Source of the DNA: an uncultured Gemmatimonadota bacterium
GTDB taxonomy: Bacteria; JAAXHH01
DNA: 64,000 bases
Assembly: GCA_951812955.1 (NCBI GenBank)
Contig: OX638340.1
Coordinates: forward strand, 832,001 to 896,000
Direction of reading: 5' to 3'
Shown here piece after piece: positions 28,420 through 38,613 of the stretch; the stretch's first letter is position 1; every line of letters starts with the position of its first letter. The notes beneath the pieces are model-generated. The model saw nothing but the letters and a program-made list of their open reading frames with translations, did not search any database and was not told the DNA's origin. Position numbers and translations under genes: made by a program.

Positions 28420-29868
28420 ATGAAACGTGATGATGGCATCCTCCTCATTTCCTGCTATGAACTGGGTCATCAGCCCTTCAGCCTCGCTTCCCCCGCGGCC
28501 CGCCTGAAGTCCGAAGGATACGAAGTCTCCGTAGTCGATGCCGCGATCGAGCCGATCCCGGAAGATGCCGTCCAGCGTGCCGGGTTTATCGGCATCTCGG
28601 TTCCCATGCATACGGCCATGCGGGTGGGCATGGACCTGTCCGGCCGAATCCGGAACCTCAATCCGGACGCGCACCAGTGCTACTACGGACTCTACGCCAC
28701 GCTGAACGCAGACTATCTCCTGTCCCACGGCGCCGATTCGGTAATCGGAGGCGAATTCGAACAACCGCTCTGCGACCTTGTGGATAGATTGTGCGCGGGT
28801 GATGCCGCCATGCCGGACCCCGATCCGTCCACCGCACCATCCACCGCTCCATATCTTTCACGCCAGACCTGGCTGGTCCCGGACCGAGGGAGTCTGCCCG
28901 CTTTGAAACGGTACGCCCAGCTGGACACCGGAACGGAGACGCTGCCCGCCGGTTATACCGAGACCACGAGGGGTTGCCTCCATACCTGTCTTCATTGCCC
29001 GATCACGCCGGTGTACAACGGCCGGTTCTTTGCCGTACCTGCCAACGTCGTGCTCGCCGACATAGCCCAGCAGGTGCGCATGGGCGCCCGCCACATCACC
29101 TTCGGGGACCCGGATTTCCTGAACGGTCCGACCCATGTCCTTCGCATTCTGCGCAGGCTGAAGGAAACCCATCCCGGAATCACCTTCGATTTCACCACCA
29201 AGATCGAACATATCCTCCGGCACGCGGGGTTTTTCCCCGAGGCGAAGGCGCTCGGCGCGCTTTTCGTCGTATCGGCCGTCGAATCGGTCAGCGATCTCGT
29301 GCTCATGCGCCTGGAGAAAGGTCACACTCGGGAGGACATCGTCAGGGCGCTCGCTATCCTCCGAGACGCGGACCTGCCCATGCGGCCTTCGCTGGTGGCC
29401 TTCACACCCTGGACGACGCTGGACGACTATCTGGAATTGCTGGATTTCGTCGAAGTTCACGACCTGGTCGATCACATCGACCCGGTGCAGTACACCATAC
29501 GACTGCTCGTGCCGCCCGGTTCGGCCCTGCTGGAAACAGAGGATGCCAGGACCTGGATCGGCAAGCTGGATGAAGCCGGGTTTACTTACGAGTGGAGCCA
29601 TTCCGATGCTAGAATGGACCACCTGCATCGGCGGGTATCCCGTCTTGTGGAAGGAGCCGACGCTTCGGGGGAGGAGCGGGACAACCGGAGCATCTTTCAC
29701 CGGATCCGGCGCCTCGCCGCGGAGACGGCCGGAGTCGAAGCGGTCGAAGGACCCACGGAACGGCCCTTTGAAGTCCTGTCGCCGAAACGGCGACGGATCC
29801 CCAGGCTGACCGAGGCCTGGTTCTGCTGAGCGGAGCCCACGGCGAGCCGGAAAGGCTCGTTCATTTGA
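28420..29868 (+). CDS. B12-binding-domain radical SAM protein, probably a selenoprotein: an in-frame UGA (29827-29829) read as Sec gives a C-terminal ...AWF-C-U-A-E-P-TASRKGSFI
   Basis: N-terminal B12-binding-like domain, then a radical SAM CLHTCLHC (CX3CX2C) motif. The ORF caller stops at the TGA at 29827, but the same frame continues Ala-Glu-Pro plus 9 codons to a TGA at 29866-68. A hairpin follows about 19 nt downstream of the UGA. Confidence 0.6.
29842..29860 (+). promoter_or_regulatory. Candidate bacterial SECIS hairpin
   Basis: GCGAGCC-GGAAA-GGCUCGU forms a 7-bp stem (one G.U pair) with a GGAAA apical loop. The loop starts 19 nt after the UGA, within the usual bacterial SECIS spacing, and contains GG. 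Confidence 0.4.
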
Positions 29869-29884
29869 TCTTTACGGGTGAAAA

Positions 29885-31084
29885 TCAGGAAGCATAACCG
29901 TCCTGGACGGGGCCGCAGTGCTGCGACCGGGCGGGCGCCCGATACTGCACGCGGTGATCGGGCGTCTCGATGCGTATGCCGCCCTGCTGTTTCGAAGTAA
30001 GACAATGATCGAGGATGCCGCATACGGTCAACGTCCGTTCAACCGGGATCGGTGATACGCCGGTCTCGAACATCTCGTCGATCCTCGACACAAGGCAGGC
30101 CGAGTAGGTAACCGGAGGAGTGGGCGGCAGGAAGAACTGGGTCGAACAGGGCTCAGGTTCGTCTTTGAGGCGGGCGGCGAAACAATAGTCGCCGATCGCG
30201 CCATTGAGCATGAGCAGCGTGGTCTGAAGACCGTCCATGTGTTCGATGAAGTAGGCGGCCGGCTCAGTGGCGAGCCGGTGCAATTCGCCCGTCCCCAGCA
30301 GGTCCTGCGTGCGGCCATCCTGCTCGGGCAGTCCCTTCGGACTGTCACAGCGCGACAGTGCCGATTCCAGCAATTCCTTCGAGTAACGTCCCTGGTCGCC
30401 GGCCTCCCACACCGCGTCCCCCACGATCATCTGGACAGACCTGACGCCCGTCTCGCCACCCCTGCGACGCTCGATCATGCACTGCATGGCCTCGAGTGCG
30501 TGATAGTCCATGGCGTCCGAACCGCCGACCCCTACCATCAGCGCTTCGTCGATATCGCATTCCAGCGGCAGTTCGAGGTCGGGCAGCCGCCATGTGACCG
30601 GAAGGCTCGAACCCGCGAGCACTGGAAAACCGAGCCGCTTGGAATCGGCCACCATTTCCAGGCCCCTTGCAAAGCTGTAGGAGAGATTCTTGTCGTTGTA
30701 GACCGGCACTGAGCGGCCGTCCTGCTCGAAAACTTCGACGCAGGCCTTGAACATCTCGTAGCGCGGGTAGAGTTTCTGTCCCTTCTCGTTGTCCGAATAG
30801 TCGCCGTGTTCGCAGATGATCAGGATCCCGTCCACCGCCAGGGAATCCCCGCCGCACCGCAGGGCTTCGGCTATGGTGGGATAGACCTCGAAACCGAACT
30901 CGCGGGCGCGGTCTGTGCTCTGGTCGCCTTCGGGACGCTGATCCACGTAAAGCGACACAACCTCGACGTCCGGCCTGCGCCAGCGGCCCGAATTCGGATA
31001 GCCGACGAGGAACCGGTCCGCGAAATGCTGCGAGTGGGAGAGATAGGTGTAGATTGAACTGATGACGGCGAGCCGCTTCGGCAT
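29885..31084 (-). CDS. Uncharacterised protein, second of a tandem paralog pair (possibly a distant Rossmann/MocA-like fold)
   Basis: At 399 aa it shares long conserved blocks with the upstream gene (SLYVDQ, EHGDY, NEKGQKLYPRYEMF, AGSSLPVTWR). No canonical GxGxxG. Confidence 0.5.
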   Translation of the reverse strand: MPKRLAVISSIYTYLSHSQHFADRFLVGYPNSGRWRRPDVEVVSLYVDQRPEGDQSTDRAREFGFEVYPTIAEALRCGGDSLAVDGILIICEHGDYSDNEKGQKLYPRYEMFKACVEVFEQDGRSVPVYNDKNLSYSFARGLEMVADSKRLGFPVLAGSSLPVTWRLPDLELPLECDIDEALMVGVGGSDAMDYHALEAMQCMIERRRGGETGVRSVQMIVGDAVWEAGDQGRYSKELLESALSRCDSPKGLPEQDGRTQDLLGTGELHRLATEPAAYFIEHMDGLQTTLLMLNGAIGDYCFAARLKDEPEPCSTQFFLPPTPPVTYSACLVSRIDEMFETGVSPIPVERTLTVCGILDHCLTSKQQGGIRIETPDHRVQYRAPARSQHCGPVQDGYAS

Positions 31085-31087
31085 GGT

Positions 31088-32341
31088 TCAATATCTCCAG
31101 AAGGTGGAGTTTTCAGGCGCGGGGTATTCGACGTCGAGATGGGGCGTTTCCAGCCTTACCTGTCCTTCGTGCAGGCTGTCGACGCCGGCCGCGGTCAGTC
31201 CCGATGTCAGGAGGGTCCGCTCGACGGGATAGGCGGCCTCGCCGGACAGGAACATCTGTTCCACGTTGTTGACCTGCGGCGAGAAGAAGTTGGCCAGCGA
31301 GGTGCGCGCAGGCGGCATAGGCAGGTACATCTGGGTCGACAGCGGTTCGCTGCGCCCCGACAGGCGAGCCGCGAAGTTGAAGTCTTCGACCAGCCCGCTA
31401 AACAGGATCATGGTGCACTTGACCCCGTCGCGGTGCTCGTAAGTGTAGGCGACGGGATCCTCCACCATCCGCTTCATCTCGTTGATGGTCGGGAAGACGT
31501 TGTTGAACCCGTCGCGGGATGGTTTCAGCGTGTGACTGCGACACAGTGCCGCTTCGAAGAGTTCGCGGGACCACACTTCGTCGTGGAAAGCCTCCCAGAA
31601 TGCCTCGAGCCGACGGGCGTGGAGCCAGGAGACGCCCGACTCGCCGCCCTTGCGCCGTTCGACCATGCATTGCAGGGTCTCCAGGCCGTGGAAATCGTAA
31701 CTGTCGACCCCGCCGTAGCATACGCACACGGCTTCTTCGACCTCGGCGTGAAGCGGCATGTCGACTGAGGGCGTCCGCCACGTGACCGGCAGGCTGGATC
31801 CGGCCATGAAGGCAAAACCCAGGCGCTGCGCGGTATCGTACATTTCCTTGGCCCAGTCCCAGTTCCACGACAGGTGCTTGTCGTTGAATATGGGAACGGT
31901 ACGGCCGCTTCGCTCATAGACTTCCACGATCTCGCGGAACAGTTCGTAGCGTGGATAAAGCCGTTGTCCCTTCTCGTTGGTTTGATACTCGCCGTGTTCT
32001 CCCACCAGGAGGACTCCGTCCACCTGCAGCGAATCGCCGCCGAGGGTCAGGGCATCGGCGACCGTGGGATAGATCTTCATCTGAGGGAAACGGGCGGCGC
32101 GGTCCCGGCTCAGATCGTTCTCGCCCACCTGGTCCACGTATAGGGAGACCAGGTCCATGGGCGGATGGTGGTGCCGGCCGCCCCAGCCATATCCCTCAAG
32201 GAACCGGTCCACGATATGCTGAGTGTGGGCGTACGGATGGTAGACCGTCGTAATCGCGGAAATCTTGGGTCTGTTGGACATGGTATCGGAACGCTTCGGT
32301 TGCTCCATGAAATAGTTGCGAGACCGGGACAAAGCCGGCAA
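31088..32341 (-). CDS. Uncharacterised protein, first of a tandem paralog pair
   Basis: At 417 aa it is about 45% identical to the 29885..31084 product. A 3-bp gap separates them, so they are co-transcribed. Confidence 0.5.
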   Translation of the reverse strand: MPALSRSRNYFMEQPKRSDTMSNRPKISAITTVYHPYAHTQHIVDRFLEGYGWGGRHHHPPMDLVSLYVDQVGENDLSRDRAARFPQMKIYPTVADALTLGGDSLQVDGVLLVGEHGEYQTNEKGQRLYPRYELFREIVEVYERSGRTVPIFNDKHLSWNWDWAKEMYDTAQRLGFAFMAGSSLPVTWRTPSVDMPLHAEVEEAVCVCYGGVDSYDFHGLETLQCMVERRKGGESGVSWLHARRLEAFWEAFHDEVWSRELFEAALCRSHTLKPSRDGFNNVFPTINEMKRMVEDPVAYTYEHRDGVKCTMILFSGLVEDFNFAARLSGRSEPLSTQMYLPMPPARTSLANFFSPQVNNVEQMFLSGEAAYPVERTLLTSGLTAAGVDSLHEGQVRLETPHLDVEYPAPENSTFWRY

Positions 32342-32350
32342 GGGGCATGC

Positions 32351-32445
32351 GAGGCCGGACCTGGCTAAGCAAGGCCGGGCTGGACTAGGCTAAGCGAGTC
32401 CGGGCCAGGCCAGGCGGAATAGACCGTGCCTGGCCTTGATTTGAC
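32351..32445. repeat. Degenerate tandem repeat of about 24 bp (x3-4) with a CCGGNCCTGGC core
   Basis: The units are ggccggacctggctaagcaa, ggccgggctggactaggctaagcga and gtccgggccaggccaggcgg. Intergenic. Confidence 0.5.
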
Positions 32446-32450
32446 GAGCG

Positions 32451-33395
32451 CTATACACGCTCCCGTGGACCGTCTTCGGCATTCCGGTCGTGTTTGATTA
32501 CGGACATGGCCGACGCGATGATCGAACTGATATCGCTGAGATTGGAGGGAATGATCAGGCTGTTTCCCTGCTTGGCCAGATTGCCGAAGGTTTCGATGTA
32601 CTGCTCGGCTACCCGCAGCTGGACAGCCTGGTCGCCACCATCCGTCTTGATCGCGCTGGCGATTGCCTTGACGCCCTCGGCCGTGGCGTTGGCCACGGTG
32701 AGGATGGCCTGGCCTTCGCCTTCGGCCTCGTTGATTTGCTGCTGCTTGTTTGCCTCGGACTCCTTGATGACCTTCTGCTTCTCACCTTCGGCCTGGTTGA
32801 TATTGGAGTCACGCATCCCTTCGGAATTCAGGATAGCCGCCCGCTTCTCCCGTTCCGCGCGCATCTGTTTTTCCATGGCTTCCAGGACGTCACGAGGTGG
32901 ATTGATGTTCTTGATCTCGTATCGCAGGACCTTTACGCCCCAGGGATCGGAAGCCTTGTCCAGTTCACTCACGACGGCGAAATTGATGGCGGACCGTTCT
33001 TCGAAGGTCTTGTCCAGGTCGATCTTGCCGACTTCGCTTCTCAGGGTCGTCTGCGCAAGTTGGATTATGGCCATTTCATAGTCGGAAATGCCATAAGAAG
33101 CCCGTTCCGCGTCCAGAATCTGCATGTACAGTACTCCGTCCACGCCCACCTGGACGTTGTCCCGCGTGATACAAAGCTGTTCCGGGATGTCGATCGACTG
33201 TTCCTTCAACGTGTGCCGGTATGCCACCCGATCCACGAAGGGCATCAGGATATAGAATCCGGCGTTGAGCGTCCGGCTGTACTTCCCCAGTCTTTCGATC
33301 ACGCGGGCTTCCTGCTGCGGCACGACGATGACCAGCTTTCTCAAAAACAATATCGCCGCGACTGCGACGACTACGGTAACCAGTAGACTGTCCAT
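32451..33395 (-). CDS. SPFH/band-7 (stomatin/slipin-like) protein
   Basis: N-terminal TM helix, an SPFH core (...IVVPQQEARVIERLGKY...) and a Glu/Lys/Gln-rich coiled-coil tail. Confidence 0.8.
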   Translation of the reverse strand: MDSLLVTVVVAVAAILFLRKLVIVVPQQEARVIERLGKYSRTLNAGFYILMPFVDRVAYRHTLKEQSIDIPEQLCITRDNVQVGVDGVLYMQILDAERASYGISDYEMAIIQLAQTTLRSEVGKIDLDKTFEERSAINFAVVSELDKASDPWGVKVLRYEIKNINPPRDVLEAMEKQMRAEREKRAAILNSEGMRDSNINQAEGEKQKVIKESEANKQQQINEAEGEGQAILTVANATAEGVKAIASAIKTDGGDQAVQLRVAEQYIETFGNLAKQGNSLIIPSNLSDISSIIASAMSVIKHDRNAEDGPRERV

Positions 33396-33468
33396 TAGAT
33401 GAATCCTTCCGGCGCGTAGAGGGATGGACGGTGGCAGGTTTCGACCGCCGACGGCATCCGGGTCGCGT

Positions 33469-33900
33469 TCACGCGCCCCTTACCCAGAGTGAAACACCTT
33501 CTATGCGTTCGACCATGCAGGTCTGTCCCTGCTCGATTTGGGAATCTCCCCGATTTACTGCGTTCCAACTCGAACCCCGCACCTCCACCTTTCCCGTCCC
33601 ATGGGCCGGAATGTCCTCCATGGCCGTTCCGGACTCGCCCTCCAGGGTGTGTATCTGCTCGTTGGATTGATCCAGATTCAAGCGCGAGGCCAGCGCACGG
33701 CGGAACAAGACGAGAGATACGATGGAGAATACGGAAAAAAGCAGGAACTGGATCCACGTAGCATCCACCAGGCCCGCCCACGCCAGCACGCCTACCACGA
33801 GCGAGGCGACGCCGAAGAACAACAGGTAGAAGGCGCCCGGCGTAGCCATCTCGGCCAGACAGAGCAACACGCCTCCGACGATCCAGATCCACCAGTCCAT
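33469..33900 (-). CDS. NfeD-family membrane protein (partner of the SPFH protein)
   Basis: Three TM helices plus a C-terminal OB-like soluble domain, immediately upstream of the SPFH gene. Confidence 0.65.
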   Translation of the reverse strand: MDWWIWIVGGVLLCLAEMATPGAFYLLFFGVASLVVGVLAWAGLVDATWIQFLLFSVFSIVSLVLFRRALASRLNLDQSNEQIHTLEGESGTAMEDIPAHGTGKVEVRGSSWNAVNRGDSQIEQGQTCMVERIEGVSLWVRGA

Positions 33901-33973
33901 TCAATCTCCTTGGATTCGGGCGAACGCGCCGGCAGATGACGGCAAAAACCGTCACGAGTACAGCGGCACGCGC

Positions 33974-35338
33974 TTAAACGTCGAGCAACAGTTCGGCGGG
34001 TACCTCGATCAGGGATTTGATCCTGCCCAGGAACTGCACGGCTTCCCTTCCGTCAATGATCCGGTGGTCGTAGGTCAGTGCCGCGTACATCATGGGCCGG
34101 ATCACGATCTCGCCGTCGACGGCAATGGGCCGGTCGTCGATTCGGTGCAGACCCAGAATCCCCACCTGGGGCGGGTTCAGGATAGGCGTGCTCAGCATGG
34201 ATCCGAAAACCCCGCCGTTCGTGATCGTAAAGGTCCCTCCCCTCAGGTCCTCCAAAGAAAGCTTGCCGTCCCCGGCCCTGGCCGCGTATTCGCGTATACC
34301 GCCTTCGATCTCGGCAAAAGTCATCCGATCCGCGTCCCGGAGGACGGGTACCACGAGCCCGTCTTCGGCACCGACCGCGATGCCGATGTCATAATAATGC
34401 TTCCTGACAATCGTATCCTCACGGATCTCGGCATTCAACTCTGGAAATTCCCTTAGCGCGCCGATCACGGCTTTTACGAAGAAGGACATGAATCCCAGCC
34501 GGACGCCGTGCCGCTTCTCGAAGGACTCCCGGTTTTTGCGTCGGATCGTCATCACCGCGCTCATGTCGATCTCGTTGAAGGTCGTCAGCATCGCGGCGGT
34601 CTGCTGCGCTTCCACGAGCCGACTGGCGATGGTGCGCCGCCGCCGGGACATGGGTATAACCTCCTCACGATGGTCACGGGATGCTTCGGAAGTATCGGCG
34701 GAAACGGCCGCGGCCGCCGCCTGCGCGGGAGCATCGGTCGCTGCGGAGTCACGGGATCGACTGGCTTGCCGCTCCGTCCTGCCAGAACCTCGTTCATCGG
34801 GCTCCCGCCCTGTTTCATCCGAAACGGCTTTCTCCTTCCTCGCTGCCACGGCCCGCTCTACGTCCTCCCTGCAGATCCGTCCTCCCATCCCGGTCCCTTC
34901 CAACCCGGCCAGGGAGATGCCCGCTTCGTCCGCCATACGGCGCGCCACGGGCGTTGCGCGATCGTCCGCAACCTCGTCTGCCTGGTTCGCCGCAGCCTGC
35001 TCGCCCGCAGCCGCAGCCTGCTCGCCCGCAGCCACAGCCTGCTCGCCCGCAGCCACAGCCTGCTCGCCCGCCGCCGCAGCCTGCTCGCCCGCCTTGACAC
35101 CGCCGTCTTCCAGCACACCGAGCAGATCGCCAATTTTTACATCCTCTCCCGCCGTGCGTTCGATGCGGGCCAGGACGCCGCTGTCGTTGGCGTTCACTTC
35201 GAGGGTAACTTTTTCGGTCTCCAACTCCAGCAGGGCCTCACCGGTCGTGACCGTATCGCCTTCCACTTTGAACCACTGGACGACCGTTGCTTCGACAATG
35301 GATTCACCGAGTTGCGGTACGGTGATGTCGATTGCCAT
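33974..35338 (-). CDS. sucB: 2-oxoglutarate dehydrogenase E2 (dihydrolipoyllysine-residue succinyltransferase)
   Basis: Lipoyl domain (ETEKVTLEV), an Ala/Glu/Gln repeat linker, an E3-binding domain and a catalytic DHRIIDG motif. Directly downstream of sucA. Confidence 0.85.
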   Translation of the reverse strand: MAIDITVPQLGESIVEATVVQWFKVEGDTVTTGEALLELETEKVTLEVNANDSGVLARIERTAGEDVKIGDLLGVLEDGGVKAGEQAAAAGEQAVAAGEQAVAAGEQAAAAGEQAAANQADEVADDRATPVARRMADEAGISLAGLEGTGMGGRICREDVERAVAARKEKAVSDETGREPDERGSGRTERQASRSRDSAATDAPAQAAAAAVSADTSEASRDHREEVIPMSRRRRTIASRLVEAQQTAAMLTTFNEIDMSAVMTIRRKNRESFEKRHGVRLGFMSFFVKAVIGALREFPELNAEIREDTIVRKHYYDIGIAVGAEDGLVVPVLRDADRMTFAEIEGGIREYAARAGDGKLSLEDLRGGTFTITNGGVFGSMLSTPILNPPQVGILGLHRIDDRPIAVDGEIVIRPMMYAALTYDHRIIDGREAVQFLGRIKSLIEVPAELLLDV

Positions 35339-35468
35339 ATAGCGCTCCCTGGTTAAACTGTAGTAGCCACGGTTCCCGTCAAGTGTCGGGACTCCGTCTA
35401 ATCCACGAACTGGAATTCCTGAACACGCGTACTCGAATCGAACAAAATGCGCAGGACGGCGCGATCTG

Positions 35469-38327
35469 TCAATTCATCTCGATGTTTCCCGATGCGCCCA
35501 TTGCAAAGGCCATCTTCACCAGGTTATGCTGATTTCGATTGTGAATGGCGGTCGAACCCTCGGAAGGACTCGCACTCGGCGGCCGGGAAACCAGAAATAA
35601 CGGGCAGCGTCCGTCGAGCGCACTTTCCAGCACCTTGCGCACGTAGTCCCAGGCGCCCATGTTTTCCGGCTCTTCCTGAAGCCAGGCGACTTCCTTCAGG
35701 TTGGGATACCTGTCGGTGATCTGTCTTACCTGGTCCAACGCGATAGGATAAAGCTGCTCTATACGGACAATCGCGGCGTGTGTCGCGTTCTCCCGGGCTT
35801 CATCGTTCATCAGATCGACGAATACCTTGCCGCTGCAGAATACCAGTCTACGGATTTTATCGGGATCTTCGAACGATCGCTCATCTTCAATGATCGGCTG
35901 CCATTTGCCTTCCGCGAGCTCACGGGCCGAGGATGCCACATCCGGATGGCGGAGCAGGCTCTTCGGCGTCATAACGATCAGGGGCAGCGGGTCGGATTCA
36001 AGCAACCTTGACTGCCTCCGCAACAAATGGAAATACTGGGCCGCCGTGGTGCAGTTGGCGATGCGGATGTTGAAATCGGCGCCGAAGGACAGGAATCGTT
36101 CCATCAGGCCGCTGGAGTGATCCGGTCCCTGCCCCTCGAATCCGTGAGGCAGCAGGATGGTCAGCGACGAGGTCTGCCCCCACTTGGCGCGGCCGGAAAC
36201 GAGGAACTCGTCGATGATGATCTGGGCTCCGTCAACGAAATCGCCGTACTGGGCCTCCCAGAGCACGAAACGTTCGGGCGCCTGTATGCTGTACCCGTAC
36301 TCGAATCCCAGGGCGGCGTATTCCGTGAGCGGCGTGTTCCGCGTTTCGAAGGACGCGTTCGCCTGGGGCAGGCGGCGAAGCGGATTCCATGCCAGGTCGG
36401 TCTCGAAGTCATGCAACACGTTGTGCCGCTGGCTGAAGGTCCCTCTTTCCACGTCCTGACCCGTCAGTCTGACTGGAACGCCGTCCTCGATGATCGTTGC
36501 GAATGCGAGGATCTCCGCCTGGGCCCAGTCGATTTTCCGTGCGTCCACATCGTCCAGCGCCCGCCGCCTGCGTTCGATAACTCTTCTGAGCCTGGGATGA
36601 AGGGTGAAGTCATCCGGGAATGTCCAGAGCGACTTGTTGAGATGCTTGAGCCGTCTCATGGAAACGGAAGAACGCACGCGTTTCGCAGTACCGGATCTCG
36701 GTGGACTGGCATAGGGCTCCACAAGTACTTCCTCGGGTTTCAGTTCATCAAGCATCTTCTGCATACCGTTCATGCGTTCGTCGACCATTTCCTCCGGTTT
36801 TCCTGTTTCGATCCTACCCTCCGACACGAGACGGTCCGCCCACAGCTTCCTCACCGTCGGATGGGATCCGATCCGCCGATAGAGACTGGGTTGGGTCAGC
36901 GACGGATCATCCCCCTCGTTGTGGCCGTGACGGCGGTACCCTATCAGATCGATCAGGAAATCCTTGCGGAATTTGACTCGGTAGCCGTAGGCGATCCGCG
37001 CGGCTTCCAGACAGGCCACCGGGTCATCGGCGTTGACGTGAATGATGGGTATTTCGAATCCCCGCGCTATATCGCTGGCATAGAGGGTGCTCCGGGATTG
37101 TTCCGAAGGCGTGGTGTATCCGAGCTGGTTGTTGGTGATCAGGTGGATGGTCCCGCCTGTTCGAAATCCGGGGACACGATAGAGCGTCAGGGTTTCCGCC
37201 ACGACGCCCTGGCCGGCGAAAGCGGCGTCGCCGTGGATCAGGATGGGCAGGTTGCGTTCCGGCAGCGGACGAACGTCGCCCGGCAGATTGGCGACCGTCC
37301 CCGCGGCGCGGGCCATGCCTTCCAGCACGGGATTGACCGCTTCCAGGTGACTGGGGTTCGGCGCCAGGTGGATATGCAGGTCCACTTCCTTGCCCTCCTG
37401 GTCCAGGTATCTTCGCTTGGCGCCGCTGTGGTACTTCACGTCACCGGTCCATCCCGAATCGTTGCCCGTCTTGTTTACCCGCTGGACCGGATCCCTGAAT
37501 TCAGCCAGTATATGCTCGTATGGCTTGTTCAGAATGTGTGCGAGGACGTTCAGCCTTCCCCGGTGAGCCATACCGATCAGGATGTTGCAGGTATTCTTCT
37601 CCGCGGCTTCGCCGATCACCCCGTCCAGGATGAGGATCATGGCGTCCAGGCCTTCGATGGAAAACCGGGTCTTGCCCGGGAAGGTCCGGTGCAGAAATTG
37701 CTCGAAGACCTCCACCTGCGTGAGCCGGTCCAGTATGTCCACGGCGCTGTATTCCTCCTCCGAGGGCCTGAACCGCCCCGTTTCCGCCGCTTCCTGCAAC
37801 CATTCCCGCTCTCCCGGCACCTCGATGTGCATGTAGTCGTAACCGGTGGTCGAGGAATATACCCGCTTGAGTTTCTTGAGCGCTTCGGAGGCGTTGCCGC
37901 ACTGCTTGCCCACCGGACCGCCGATCAGCGAGGAAGGCAGATGGCGCATCGCGTCTTCCGTCACGCCTTGCGCCGCCAGTTCCAGTTCCGTCAGCGGGTC
38001 GCCCAGTGCGGCGTCGTCGTCGGTCGCGAAGACGGAATAGGGAAAGTACCTTGGATCGGCCAGGGGATCCAGGTGCGCCCCGAGATGACCGTATTCCCGG
38101 ACATTCTGGGCGAGATTGGCAATGAAGACGATCTGGTCGATATCAGCGGGACAAGCGGGGAAAACTGCCGGTGATTCCCCGGCGGATTCACCATCGAGAG
38201 AAGGGGTGAACCGGGTAAACAATTCACGGGTCGCCGCGTCGACGGAATCGGGGTCCTGAAGGTATTGTTCGTACAACGCGATCACGTAACCGGCGTTCGG
38301 ACCATGAAACTCGCGCAAGAGATCCAA
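35469..38327 (-). CDS. sucA: 2-oxoglutarate dehydrogenase E1 component
   Basis: A 952-aa protein with typical SucA N-terminus and TPP-binding regions. TTG start preceded by GGAGGA. Confidence 0.9.
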   Translation of the reverse strand: MDLLREFHGPNAGYVIALYEQYLQDPDSVDAATRELFTRFTPSLDGESAGESPAVFPACPADIDQIVFIANLAQNVREYGHLGAHLDPLADPRYFPYSVFATDDDAALGDPLTELELAAQGVTEDAMRHLPSSLIGGPVGKQCGNASEALKKLKRVYSSTTGYDYMHIEVPGEREWLQEAAETGRFRPSEEEYSAVDILDRLTQVEVFEQFLHRTFPGKTRFSIEGLDAMILILDGVIGEAAEKNTCNILIGMAHRGRLNVLAHILNKPYEHILAEFRDPVQRVNKTGNDSGWTGDVKYHSGAKRRYLDQEGKEVDLHIHLAPNPSHLEAVNPVLEGMARAAGTVANLPGDVRPLPERNLPILIHGDAAFAGQGVVAETLTLYRVPGFRTGGTIHLITNNQLGYTTPSEQSRSTLYASDIARGFEIPIIHVNADDPVACLEAARIAYGYRVKFRKDFLIDLIGYRRHGHNEGDDPSLTQPSLYRRIGSHPTVRKLWADRLVSEGRIETGKPEEMVDERMNGMQKMLDELKPEEVLVEPYASPPRSGTAKRVRSSVSMRRLKHLNKSLWTFPDDFTLHPRLRRVIERRRRALDDVDARKIDWAQAEILAFATIIEDGVPVRLTGQDVERGTFSQRHNVLHDFETDLAWNPLRRLPQANASFETRNTPLTEYAALGFEYGYSIQAPERFVLWEAQYGDFVDGAQIIIDEFLVSGRAKWGQTSSLTILLPHGFEGQGPDHSSGLMERFLSFGADFNIRIANCTTAAQYFHLLRRQSRLLESDPLPLIVMTPKSLLRHPDVASSARELAEGKWQPIIEDERSFEDPDKIRRLVFCSGKVFVDLMNDEARENATHAAIVRIEQLYPIALDQVRQITDRYPNLKEVAWLQEEPENMGAWDYVRKVLESALDGRCPLFLVSRPPSASPSEGSTAIHNRNQHNLVKMAFAMGASGNIEMN

Positions 38328-38613
38328 GCGTAATCCTCCGACTGGCGTCTGTCTCGACTTGGCGGGATGACCAAAAAATGTTGCCCGGTCCTGGACACGG
38401 CGCCTATGGTTCGTGCCATCACAGCCCGCCTGTGAAAATACCCACGGCCACCGGGAAAGGCAAATGAATTGTAGGGATTTGGGATGCGACGCAAAGCCTC
38501 GAAAGATGGGTTGGATTCCGGATTAGTACCTTGACTTTTGGCCTGCGGATACATTATTTCGAGTTTTCGGTCGCATTCCGTGCCATCCGGCATTTCCAAG
38601 GGGTATTGTTATC

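Noticed and set aside
38430-38480. Possible ArgR (ARG box) operator upstream of argG (aaTGAATtgtaggGatTT)
   Set aside because: Only a weak half-site match to the TnTGAATwwwwATTCAnw consensus. That is not enough to call it.
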